Shown: one piece after another, positions 14,997 through 27,227 of the stretch | Position numbering within the stretch: the first letter of the stretch is position 1 | How the letters are laid out: every line of letters starts with the position of its first letter | NCBI RefSeq assembly: GCF_009914755.1 | Contig: NC_060946.1 | DNA length: 64,000 nucleotides | Direction: 5' to 3' (one strand) | Source of the DNA: the human T2T-CHM13v2.0 reference genome, Homo sapiens | Position numbers and translations under genes: made by a program | The notes under the pieces: model-generated | Seen by the model: the letters and a program-made list of their open reading frames with translations, nothing else | Told to the model about the DNA's origin: nothing | Database searches by the model: none

Positions 14997-15559
14997 CCCT
15001 CTGTTTTATACCTTTCTGCTGCGTGGCGCTTTGGCTTTCTATGTTCTGCGGCGGTGGGTGGTAAAGTGGATGTCCTGCTTTTAATTCTGAGGGCTCGCTT
15101 CTCAGTTTTCAAAAACACACTTTAATCTCTGATTCTCCAATTATCAAGCATTTGCCATGAAATGATACTTGCTGCTCCCCAGCACTGCAGACTGTGTAAG
15201 AGACATCTCAGCCAGCATTTGGATTAAGTCAAACCCCAGGAATCCGCACCTCCTCCACCTCATCACCCAATAAAAAAGGTAACGCTGAGGTATTAGAACA
15301 TTCACATTAGTTCCATGAGCATGCCCTCTTATGGGCCTGAGAGCACCCAGGCTCTGGTGCAAGCCCCCCACAGCCCAGGGAAGTGTTTCAGGACTGGAGC
15401 CCTGCTCAGTGCTGTGGGCTGCACAAGGGGTCAACTGAGGACCCCTAAGCCCAGGAGTGGCAGAGGCTGGGGACCATCCCATGGGCTCCCAGGATGGCCT
15501 TGGGGCCACAGGGATTATGGCCAGGCTTGTACTTCCAAAGCCCTTCCAGGGAGGAAGGC

Positions 15560-15715
15560 GCTCCACTTCCTGCTTTGGCTTAAAAAAGTCCAGGGAAGCA
15601 CCTGATTGGCCTGGCTCAGGTCACATGACACTCCCTCTGTCCAATCACTGTGGCCAAGAGAATGCGCTATTGTGATTGGCCCAGCCTGGGTCAGAGCCTT
15701 CCCCTGCTGCCTGGA
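15560..15715. mobile_element. Ancient ERVL/MaLR LTR fragment (MLT1K/L- or LTR33-like)
   Basis: Repeated GATTGGCC...GGTCA and CCAATCACTGTGGCC motifs typical of these old LTRs. Confidence 0.5.
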
Positions 15716-15879
15716 GCAGGGTCTGTCTCCAGGAGAGAGGAGTAGGGTTCAGCCATTCCAATGGCGCTGCCGCCTGAAGAGCTGTCAGTCCTACTTTGCA
15801 GTTGAGCTGGCTCTGAGAAGAAAGTGCTCTGCCTAGCCCTGTGATTGATCCACAACTTCATGGGGACTCAAACATGGGT

Positions 15880-15955
15880 TCTTTTATTCCAGGTGGAGAA
15901 ATTGAGGCCCCAAGCAGGGGCAGACTCACTGGGGTCACATGGTGAGTTGGTGGCA
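15880..15955 (-). mobile_element. MIR fragment
   Basis: CAGGTGGAGAAATTGAGGC..GGTCACATGGTGAGT core, reverse to the MIR consensus. Confidence 0.6.
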
Positions 15956-16709
15956 TGAATGGGTGCTCCGGTCTACACTGTACCACCTCCTCCAGGAAGC
16001 CTTCCTGGCTTGGTCAAGCCAGGCCTGGGGTGGTCACCACCTGATGTCACATCCCCTTGAGACAAAGCCCCCCCCCTCCCCCGCCACCAGGCACCTATCC
16101 CCAGTGTCCAGGACATAGCTACTGGATTCAGGCAGCTTCTGCAGATGAGCTCCCAGCCCTATGTCCAGGAGGTTTCTGGAATCGACAGCTCTCCATGCCA
16201 CAATACCCTCCATGGCTATTTAGGGAACACCCAGTGTGTGCCAGGTTCGGCTGGCCTGGGAGAGTGCACAGTGGACACTGGTCACCAGGAGACACAGGGG
16301 GCCAGTCCACACCCTTCCGCAGTCGGGCCTGGGGAATGGGTTGGGTACTGACCTGGAGGAGGGAGGGACAGCAGGAAGGGCTGGCTGGGCCTCAGCTCTC
16401 TTGCTTACCTTCCATTCTCTCGATGGCCCTGGCTAGACACATGCTGGCTCGCCCAGGCCCTACTCATGTTTCGGCACAACGACCCTGCTCTGCCTCCGTC
16501 CCCAAGACCCTGGGCTGTGCAACCAGGGCCAGACCTGCTTCTTCAGCCACACCAGGGCCTGGCTGTGCCTCTGCCTGTCAGTGGCCAAGCCCTGAGCCTG
16601 GAGCCATCCAGAGCCGCACGGAACCCACAGCCTGCAGGGTGGGGCTAGACATGGCTCCTCCTGCCCGCCCGTGGGTCGTACACCAGCTCATTAGAGCCAA
16701 AGCAGCATC

Positions 16710-17235
16710 GATTTTGTGAATGATGAGCATGTGTACGTGTTTTTGGAGCCCTGGTGTGATTTGGCGTGTGCAGCTGATGATTCAGGGGGGTCATGTGCAA
16801 ACGACACGCCTTATAAATGTGAACCCACCAGAACGCCCCGTTACGGAGATTTACACTGATCCTTAAACATCGTAGATTAATTTTTGGAAAACATCTATAA
16901 AATAAGAGATTTATACCTAAAACAATACCCTATGCTGTGACAGGAAGGGATTAGAGTCAATTTATTCCTGTATTAGTCAAAAACTCAATTTCATATATTG
17001 TGTGGAAAAATTAAAACCCTTTCTACATTTTATTACAAATTATGCATACTCCATATATGGAGATAAATAATTGATAGCATTACAAATACTTAATCTAGAA
17101 AATATTTATTAGGAACAGACAACTCATTTTTCATGTGTTTTGTTGAGAACAATATTGCACACTTTAAAAAATTAATGATGACTCTTTGCAAAAATAAATG
17201 TCTACATCCTAATTCTTTTGTTTAGCATTGTGTCC
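16710..17235 (+). mobile_element. Decayed hAT DNA transposon internal fragment (Tip100/Zaphod/Arthur-like)
   Basis: AT-rich island in GC-rich DNA. Translated remnants FVENNIA (17139-17159) and FAKIN (17185-17199) resemble the hAT C-terminal dimerisation motif (SIENDIA...FAKxK). Confidence 0.45.
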
Positions 17236-17791
17236 AAGCCAGGCAGACGCAGCCGGGCAGTGGGCAGGTGGCCATGGAGCTGGGATGTCCACTCCCTGGC
17301 CCCTGGCTGTGGATGGGTCAGAGGGCTCATGTGCTGTGGCAGTTGGCCAGGGAAGGTGCATTTGGAGAGTGTCAACATACTGTTTGTCTTCTGCTGTGCA
17401 AACTCTCCTCGACTTGTAATTTAAAACTAAAAGTGTTTCCGACTTAATTTCTGAGAAAGCACCAAGTAATGGGATTTGTGGATGGACTTGAAGAGCCAAG
17501 AAATCAACACTGACTGCCTCTCGACCTGGAGAATTACGGAGCCCATGAATTCTCTGGGCCTCAGCTCTGGTCCCAGGCTCTGTGCACAAAGAGAGGTGGG
17601 CCTGGTGGGTGGTGCGGAGCTTGGCCTTGTACTTCGTGGCTGGCTCAGCCTGCCCTCCTGGGACAAGTGGCTCTGCCGGGTTCTGTGTGCCTCCTGGCAT
17701 CTCTCTGAGGGGAGCTCCCAGCCTCTGCCTAGAATACCTGGGCAGCGTGTTCAGACCTGGGGCCCCCTGCACCATCACCCCATTCCAGGCT

Positions 17792-17838
17792 GGGAAGCTT
17801 GAGGACCCAGGCAGGGAAGCTTGAGGACCCAGGCAGGG
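17792..17838. repeat. 22-bp perfect tandem duplication
   Basis: GGGAAGCTTGAGGACCCAGGCA x2. Confidence 0.9.
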
Positions 17839-20449
17839 CCCCAGTGTGCCACAGGGCTTGGCCACTGTGCAACTGCACTGCAGCTCTGGCCTCTGGCCGG
17901 GCCTTGCTTACCGACCTCTGCCCTCTGCCGTGTGTCCTCCACCTTGGCCATGCACAGCGGGGGCTAGGCGGGCACATGGTGGAGGCTGCCAATGGTGCCC
18001 TGGCAAGTTCTCTTCGCCCTCGTGCCAGCCACTCCAGGGAGCACCAGGGATTGAATAAATAACTGCCACGTTTATTAAAAAATAAATTTGGTGCCTAACG
18101 GAAGTGCTGTTTCTATACATAGAAAAAAATGTTTAAAATAAAAACCAAAACAGTTCTCAAAGGCGCTGTGGCATTAATTATTCATCGCTTGCTAATGAAA
18201 ACATGGCTTTGCAGGCGTGGCCCCCACCTCCCTCCAAATAAGACTCGGGCTCAGGGAAAGCCTGGCCTTAAGGGCAGGGAGCTGGTGACCCCTGAATAAA
18301 ATGGGGGTGGCTGTGATATCCTCCATGGGTATTTAGGGAGCACCCAGTGTGTGCCAGGCTCGGCTGGCCTGGGGGAGTGCACAGTGGGCACTGGTCACCA
18401 GGCAGGCACAGGGGGCAGTCTGCACCCCTCCTTAGTCAGCCTGGGGAATGGCTTGGGGTCTGACCTGGAGGAGGGAGGGAGCAGCAGGAGGGGCTGGCTG
18501 GGCAGCAGAGCCACCTCTTGGAGGAAAGAAATGGGGACAGAGGCCACTCTGGCCAGCACCAGAGGACAGTGGCTACATGTCTGGGCACCCAGGCCAGGGG
18601 CCTGGCAAACCCCCACAGGGTGGGTGGGTGAGGCCCTGTTCTAAGTCATTTGATGACCCAGCCACCCTCTCAGATGCTGCTGGATCCCAGACAGAGGGAG
18701 AGAGGGAGGCTGCAGGCCTTGCCGGAACCTAGGCGTGCCATGCATGCCCCAGCAGCCAGAACCAGCCATGTGGTGGTGCCACACCAGAAAGGGCCGGCCT
18801 GCCAGGCAGTCAGGGGCAGATGGGAGCAACTTGGGAAACAGCAGCAGGAGCCTCCACTCCCTCTGCCTCCACCTCTCCAGCAGACTATATGGCACACCCT
18901 GCCCAGCTGTGTGCAGCAGGGAAATTTGTGCCAGGCCTCGGGCACCTGAGCCCACACTGGGCATCGCTGTCCTGTCACTGATCCTGGGCACTGATAGGAA
19001 CTGTGAACAAAGCTCGGTCCAGGGCCCTGTGGACTGAGCTCCCCATCCTCAGGGCCCGGGAGCCCCTCCTCCTGCAGTCACCTGGGGCAGCCCTATCTCT
19101 GTGGGGAGGCCTGGAGCATTTGTTCTTTTGTTCATTCATTCGTTTATTTATCCATAAATGCCCCCGAGCTGGCTGCCTGGTCTCCTGGGGAGAAGGGATG
19201 CTGATCCCATCAGTCACCTGCCTGAGCAGGGGGTCTGGGAGGCTGAGAGGAAGCCTCTCTGAGCTGCTGTGGGTGCAGGTGGTATCCAGGGCGACAGCTC
19301 CTGGGCAGGAGATGAGCTGTGCCCTGAGGCGGTCAAGTGGAACCCCAGCAGGGGCCTTTGAAGCTCCGCCAGCCCCTGGGGCAGGTCAGGGATGGGGAAG
19401 AGGCTGCAGGGGGCGGCAGGAGAGTGAGGCTCCATCTCTGCTGGGTGGCTCCGTCCTGGTTAGCAAGGTCTCTCGCGTCCTGGCCCCTGTGCTGGCTCCT
19501 GGGACGTGGAGTGGAACCGGCATCCCTGCTGCCCATGTGGGAGGACCCGGGCTGCCAGGGCTCCAGCTGGGCCCCAGGCTCAGGGTTTGTGTGCTGGAGA
19601 CCCAGCAAAGCTGGACAGAGCCTGGCGGGACCTGGCTCTGCGATGGCCCAGCTTGGTGTACTCAGAAGGCCTGATGGGAGCTAGCCTGGACACCTTGGCC
19701 TGATTTAAGCCTGGGAGCCGGTAAGGGGAGGCAGTAGGGCCTGCCGCCGAGCCGCCGCCCCGCTGCCCCCACTTGCCTCTCCCGCCGGTGGGCCTGACCT
19801 TGCTGGAAGCATCCCTCAGCCTGGTATGGATTTCCTGTCTTCACCGAGGCCGCAGCGCCAGCCGGGCGCAGGAGCCGAGCGGTGGTCAGGCCCGGGGATG
19901 GTTTTTTGTTTGTGGGGGCAGGGGCTGAGGGGACCCAAACCTTCCAGAGCTGGGGGGTTTTCTTCTCACCTGTCACTCCGTGGCTCCCTTTGGTGGCTCT
20001 TTGTCTGGCATGGGTGCTGGGCCCACCCTGCGGTGTGGGCAGCTGTCCAGCCTAGAGCCTGCCTCTGACCCTGGTCCTATCCTCAGGGCCCCTTCCAGGG
20101 CTGGAGCAACAGGGACACAATTGCTGAGCTCAGCCTGTGTCAGGTGCACAAGTGACCTCACTTGGGAGACAGTGCAACTGCAGTGGGCCTAGAGAGGGCT
20201 CTTCAGCTCCCAGTCACACAGCCAGGCCTGGAGAGGTACACATCCTGGTCCCTGATTCCCCCATCGGCACTGGGTGGACTGAGGAGTGGAGTGGGGACCC
20301 TGGGTGGGGGAGAGGAAGGAACTGGGCACAGGGGGAGAGCCAGGGACCAGAGGGCATCATGGAGATGAAAGGACAGGCGAGCCCAGGAGGGCACACACCA
20401 TGGCACGGCAGGCAGACAGACATAGACATAATGCCCATATGGCAGCATG

Positions 20450-21897
20450 ATCTCTCACACACACACATGCTCACATGGGCAGCACACTCACACACACGTG
20501 CATATGGACGGCACGCTCACATACACACGCACACATGGGCAGCACGCTCACACACACACGCACACATAGGCAGCACACACACACGCACACATGGACAGCA
20601 GGCTCTCACACACGCACACATGGGCAGCACGCTCACACACACACATGCACACATGTGTAGCACGCTCACACACATGCACACATGGGCAGCATGCTCTCAG
20701 ATACATGCACACATGAACATGGGCAGCACACACGTACACATAAGCAGCATGCTCACACATGCACACATGGGCAGCACGCTCACACACTTGCACACATGGG
20801 CAGCACACACACACGCGAGCAACACGCTCACACACACAACATGGGCAGCACACACATGTACACATAAGCAGCACACACAATGCACACATGGGCAGCACAC
20901 ACATGCACACATGGGCAGCACACACATGCACACATGGACAGCACACTCACACGTGCACACATGGGCAGCACGCTCACACATGCACACATGGGCAGCAAAC
21001 ACACATGCACACATGGACAGCACGCTCACACGTGTACACATGGGCAGCACGCTCACACACATGCACACACGGGCAGCATGCTCACACATGCACAGATGGG
21101 CAGCACACACACATGCACACATGGACATCACACACGGACATCACACACATGCACACGTGGACAGCATGCTCATACATGCACAGATGAGCGGCACGCTCAC
21201 ACACTATGAGCAACAAGCTCACACACATGCACACATGAGCAACACACACACACAGGCACAACATGGGCAGCACACACACATGCATATGAGCAGCATGCGC
21301 ACACATATGCACACATGAGCAGCACGCTCACACATGTAAACAGGCAGCACACACACAAGCACACAAGAGCAACACACACACATGCACAACATGGGCAGCA
21401 CACACATGCACACAAGCAGCATGCTCACACATATGAACACATGGGCAGCACGCTGACACACACATGCACACATGAGCAGCATGCTCACACACGCACACGT
21501 GAGCAGCATGCTCACACATATGCACACATGGGCAGCATGCTCACACACACGCACATAGGAGCAGCACGTTCATACACACATGCATACATGAGCAGCACAC
21601 TCGCACATGTGTGCACATGGACAGCACACAGATACACATGCACATGTGGGCCACACATACACACACATGCACACATTTATGCACATGGGAAGTATACTCA
21701 CACACATGCATGCACACATGGGCAGCACATTCACATGTGTACATATGTGCATACCTAGGCAGTATGCTCACACACACACACACTCATGTGGGCAGCACAC
21801 ACACGCACACCTGGACAGCATATTTACACATGCATGTGCAGCACACATACACGAGGCAGCATGCTCACAGACACACGTGCACACACACAAGCACACT
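20450..21897. repeat. CA-rich minisatellite with ~23-29 bp units (CACACATGGGCAGCAC[GCTCAC]ACACATG)
   Basis: Dozens of directly visible degenerate copies. It is the source of the His/Thr and Cys/Val pseudo-ORFs. Confidence 0.95.
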
Positions 21898-24800
21898 CAG
21901 AACAAGCTGTGGGGCCTGCGGTGAGGACACCAGGCAGGCAAGGCGGCTGCTGCAGAAATAATTAGTCCCTGGTAGACAGGCCTGGCTCACCTTCTCCAAA
22001 GCCAAAGGGTGGCTACCAGCCCCCAGCTCTGGGAAAGGGCTCTGAGGCCCCGCCCCCACCTTGCAGTGGTTCCTGGGACCTGCAGGGAGCATCCCAAGCA
22101 CGGGCCGTGGGGTGCGGGACTCTGCCATGTGATCCCTGAGGCTGGGCCTGGCCGGACGTGCCTTGGCCCCTGCAAACCGTGCACATCCCCAGGTCCCCCA
22201 GCACAGCAGCAGTGCAGGGAGTGGAGACGTGAAGATGGGGAAGAAGGAGGTTGGAGGTGCAGGGCCGCCCTGTGTTCTTGTTGGAGTGGGGGTAGGAGCA
22301 CTCCAGGTCTGGTTGGGCCCTGTGAGGGTGTTGGGGACCCCAGGCCAGGCCTGGGTCGGATCCATCACTCCCTGGAGGAGGCATCTGAGTCCAGGGATGC
22401 CGGACAGGCTGGTCCCAGGTCCCCAGGCTGACTGGGCCTCAGGCATATGGGCATCTGCAGCTGTCTGGGGCCAGGCCCAGGCTGAGGGGCAGCCAGCAGG
22501 GTGCAGGAACTCCCAGGCCCTCAGCTTGCAGCGCAGAGAAGGGTGACTGCTCTGCTGTTAAAACAATTTATTTTGCTCTTCAAAAAGCTAACAGCTGTTT
22601 ACAGTCAGCATGTGGGAGCTGCCCCCTGGGTGATGGATTCTGCCAATCCAGCCCTCCCTTGCCTTCCGGCGAGGAGGGGTCATCCCAGGCTTCGGGTCAG
22701 GATGGGCAGAGCAGACCACTGGGGGCCAGGCCATGATGTTCCTGGCCACTCCACGTCCCCTCGGCTGCCGTCCTGTGTGCTGCCCTGGGAGAGTGCAAGG
22801 AAGGGTGGCCCCCTGAGGCTGATACGAAATGGTACGGTGATGTGAGGGGGTCAGGAGGGAGGACCACTGTGGGAGGCGTGAGGTGCAGTGGAAAGGTCAG
22901 GGAGACCTTCTGAGAAGGCCAGCAGGGAGGGCTGCCCAGGGCCTGGAGAGCGTGCATAGCTGGGGGCAGGGTGGGGGCAGCCGGCAAGGGCAAAGCCCAG
23001 TGGGTGTGGCGATGCCCTGGGGGATGGGCCCCGATGCCCCTAAACTGGTTCAGCTCTCTAGACCAGACTAGTGTGCTATGTCGGAGCCGAGCAACAGTCC
23101 CCCTCAACTGTATGCATGTACAGTAGGCGCTCAACAGACACTTGCTGGATTTGACAATAGCCCTGGACGGAGGACTGAGGCCTGGGCTGCACACATTCTG
23201 GGCTCCTGCAAGCCCCTGGCAGCCCTGAGCTGGTTTCTGAGTGCAGAGGGAGGGGCTGTCAAGGGTGGAACCCACACATGCCAAAGCCTGGAGGCCAGTG
23301 CAGGGGCAGGGCACCTGCTGCCTCGGGACAGCGCTGAGGTTCAAAGCCACCTGCTGGTTCCCACCTGCCTGGCACAGGACCCTGTGTCGGTGGGGGTGGC
23401 CAGATAGGGCAGCTCCTTGTCTCCCTGGAACCTGTACCCTCAGAGGTCCAGGATCCCTGAGGGAGGTTCCGGGGCTGGAGAGACGGCCCCTGTGGCAGGG
23501 CAGGGACAGACGGGCTGATTCTATCTAGGATGGGGGCACACAAAGACTTCCTGAGGGGCGCTTCAAGGCCACAGCAATCTAGGTGGGACAGGGACATCAG
23601 TCAGAGGTGCCCTGTGGAGACCCCCAGGTCCAGCTCCTGGTACTGTGAGAAGCCAGTTGTTCCCTCGCAGGCCGCCAAGGCACCGCACAGTCCTGGCCTG
23701 AGTCGTTGTGGGGTCTTGGGGAGGAGGGTTCTCTGGAAGGACACTGAGCCTGGACTTTGGGGCAAGAGACCCAGAGCCCCTGGATGCTTGCGGCCTCAAG
23801 GCCCAACATGCAGCCAAGCAAAAGCTGGGGGCACAGGCGGGGGATCCCCTCTGGGGAGGATGCAGAAGCCGAGCCAGGCTGGGCCGAAGCTCCTTACCTG
23901 ATCTGGTGTCCTCCTGTGCGATGGTACAAGAGCCTCAGGGCACATCTGGTCTCTGTGACACCCCCCGAGACACCCGGGGAATGTTCCCAATGACCACTGT
24001 TGGGCCACTGCCCGACCACGTCACGGTTGCCCCTGCCAGGACTCAGGCAAAACCCAGCTGTCCCTGGCGCTGTCTCCCAACAGCCCTGCAGGGCCCAGTG
24101 CTGGACCAGGGCCTTGTCTCCAGCCTCTCCCCCATGGGACTCTGGGGCCTTTGGGGGCCCTTGGGGGCCTTCCTGCACCCTCACACCTACTCATCTCTGG
24201 ACTCAGCCCCAGTGTGAATGCTCACCTCGGGCTGAGCCAACCCCTCCAGACACGTTCTGCAGCTCGAGGAAGGAACTGCCCTTTGCAGCTGGGATCTGCC
24301 CGAGTTTCAGCAGCAGCCTTGAATTGTAATCCCGAGCGGCTGGCGAATAACACAGCACACAGCACTCGAGAGCCCAGGTGAGTCCTAAGTGGGGCTGGGC
24401 TATGGGATCTCTGGCTTCTGGGCCCTTCTCAGAACAGACCCTCCAGGCCACTCTCCCCTACATCCCCGGTTGCTGCACTGGGTGCAGGGGTCCAGAGCCA
24501 GGTCAGCTGCTGCCCAGGGAGAGGGCCAAGACTGCAGACCCCGCCAAGCCTGGGGGCAGCCTTCCTGACAACAGCACCATTTGCTGCTTGGGATCAGCCA
24601 GGCCGGCTCCCCGCAGATGGGAGGGCTGTGAGGTGAGCACCAGCGAGCCCCTGGAGGTGCCAGAAAATGCCAGTGTGGGCACCAGGGGGCTTCCTTGGGC
24701 TGGCATGTCAGGGGAAGCCCACTGGGGCGGCTCAGTGCCCATGATGGAAGCTCAAGTCCCACGGTGCTGCCCCAGGAGCTATACCCCAGTGAGGGTCGTT

Positions 24801-27184
24801 GGCTGGCGATGTGTCTGGCTGGCATGGGCTGCCTGGTAACGAGGGGGGCCCATGTGTGAGGAGCCTTAGGTAAGGATCCAGCTGGCACACCGAAGACCCC
24901 AGGCCAGGGGACACAGGCTGGGGGAGGGGGCTACAGAGACATGAACCCAAAAGAGAATGTCTGCTGACATCCCAACCCTGACAGATAACCAGCTGGGTGA
25001 CAGGTGGGGGCTGTGCTCAGATCACCCTCCTCTGTCCTGTGCACATGTGTGGGTGCATGGGAGTCCATGCGTGGCTCCTGGCTTGCCCCCTCCTCTCCTC
25101 GGCCCAGCTTGTGGTGCTGCGCTGTGCATGGAGCTCGGTTTCTTAGCAAGTTCATGCCATGAGCCGCCAGCTAGGCTGAGGAGGAGTGGGTCTGGGTGCC
25201 ACTGGGGCGGTCTGGGCTTCCCTCAGCTCCAGGGCTCTTGCCCTTGCTAGCATTGCTGTGATTCTCACCATTGCGCCCTGTTACAGAAGAGACAACTGAG
25301 GCATGGGGAGGTGATGGGACCCCCAGGGCCACCCGCAGGAGGTGGCCAGCCCAGCAGCCCTGCCCAGTCCCCCGCCGGCCTTGTGCTCCCATCTGGGCCC
25401 CTATCTGTAGTTTCCCCAGTTAACAAAATCACAACAGTCATTCCTGGTTGTTCTTGCTGAATTCTCTCCATATGAGGAGCAGCATTTTGGGGTCTGTGTC
25501 CTAAATGGACCCAATCACAGGAGTCACCCAGGGCACTGGCTCAGCCCAAGACAACACCTTCCCCCATGTGGACACACACACATGGGGGAAAGAAAACCTT
25601 GCCAACCCACCCTCTAGCAAAGGGGCCTGGACTCGCATTTTTAACAAGAACCAAGAGATCCCGTGGAGGAGGTAGTCCACAGGGGGAAAAACACCCTTGA
25701 GTCTCAAGTCCCCCGTGGCTCCCCAGCTCTGCCAGTGGCTGCATGGCGGGTGAGATGATGGTGGCTCTTGGGTCCCTCTGAGTCTTGCTGCCCAGGCTGG
25801 CACCGGCACATTTTGTCTTGGCTCCATGCTGTCGGGCCCTGAGCTGGGCACTGGGCTCCCTGAGTCTCGTGGGAGCTGTCTGGGTCCTGAAGCAAGCGGT
25901 GGCCCGAGCAGGGGAGGCGGTCCCCACCCTCGGGGACACTGTCTGCTCTGGCTGTGGGCTCCGGGGGCTGAGAGCTATTTCGGCTGCACTGGCCTCTCCA
26001 CTCCTGCCAGGCTTCAGTGAGCTAAGATTGTGCCAAAGTCAACAGAACAGAAAAGAGAGGCTATGGCGCTCTGTCAGGGAGAAAGCCCAATTAGGAGGGG
26101 CTTGTGGGGGCAGGGCGGGAGTGCAGAGGGAGCCCCGGAACCTAGCCAGCCCACTGTGATGACAGGGCCTTCGACAGCAGCCCAGCACTTGGACTGTGCA
26201 GAACTGCGGAGATGGTGCTGTGAGCCTGGGGAGGGTGCCTTTCTCCCCAGGGGCCCGCATGGGGCCAAGTCTACCAGACTTCTGAGCCGGCATGTCTGGG
26301 TACAGGACCTGGCCCTGCAGAACTAGCCTGGGCATCAGAGCCCACCAGAGGTGACTGCCAGCGGCCAGGACCCACCACGGAGTCTCAGGGAGCAGCACAC
26401 GGGTGGGGAGCGGGTGGAGGGCACACAACGCTGGTGGGGCATGGGCCTGGGCACCTCTCCAGCTGGACACTGCACATGACACCCCAGGCCAGGCCAGGGT
26501 CCCCTGACTCACAGACCCCAGGCACAGGAACATGCTGTTTTCCTTTTAGTCCAAGTGTACGGGGTGAGGAGCTGCAGCCCCCACCCTGAGGGCCTGCTCT
26601 GTTTAGAGGGGGTGCCAGGGTCCTGGGTCCCTCCCTCTGTTAGAGCTGTCTGGAAATCCTGAGTCGGGTAGGTGAGGTAGGAAAGGGAGACCTCCCCACC
26701 CACTGCCCTGCCTGAGCGGCTCCCACGGTCTAAACCCTGTCTTGGGGGTGGTTCCCAGGAGGAGGCAGCAGAGCCTGGTGAAAAGAGACCAGACAGTGTG
26801 GACCTCCCTGGCCCTGGGATCAACAGCCTCTCCTGGGCCCAGCTTCCCCAGGCCTGAGCTTGGGGTTGGAGGATCGGCAGGAGAGTGAGTCCATGAAGGC
26901 ACCATCCCCACCCCTCAGCACCCTTTCCCTCCATGTCATCTCGGCCACCCATCTCAGAGCCCAGCTCAGCACCCGGGCCCTACTGGGCCACCCCGTCAGG
27001 CCCTGAGTCCCCATGGAGGGTTTGGAGGCTGGAGGCCGGTCAGCTGGGGAGGGGAAGGGCAGAGGAGCAGGGGTGAGCCACTTGGCTCAGGGCTGAGGAC
27101 CTCTCGCACTCTGGCCACTGCAGAGGGTGTCCGGCTGGGGCAGGAGGGCTGTGGGAGAGAGATCACATCGTGTGTGGGAGGGGA

Positions 27185-27227
27185 CAGTCCCCTCCTGCCC
27201 AGTCCCCTCCTGCCCAGTCCCCTCCCC
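27185..27227. repeat. 15-bp tandem repeat, ~2.7 copies
   Basis: CAGTCCCCTCCTGCC repeated. Confidence 0.85.

Noticed and set aside
20450-21897. CRISPR-like repeat-spacer appearance
   Set aside because: Eukaryotic DNA; the inter-repeat segments are themselves CA repeats rather than unique spacers, and there are no cas genes.
20137-21961. His/Thr-rich 393 aa ORF and Cys/Val-rich antisense ORFs
   Set aside because: Translations of the CA-rich minisatellite.
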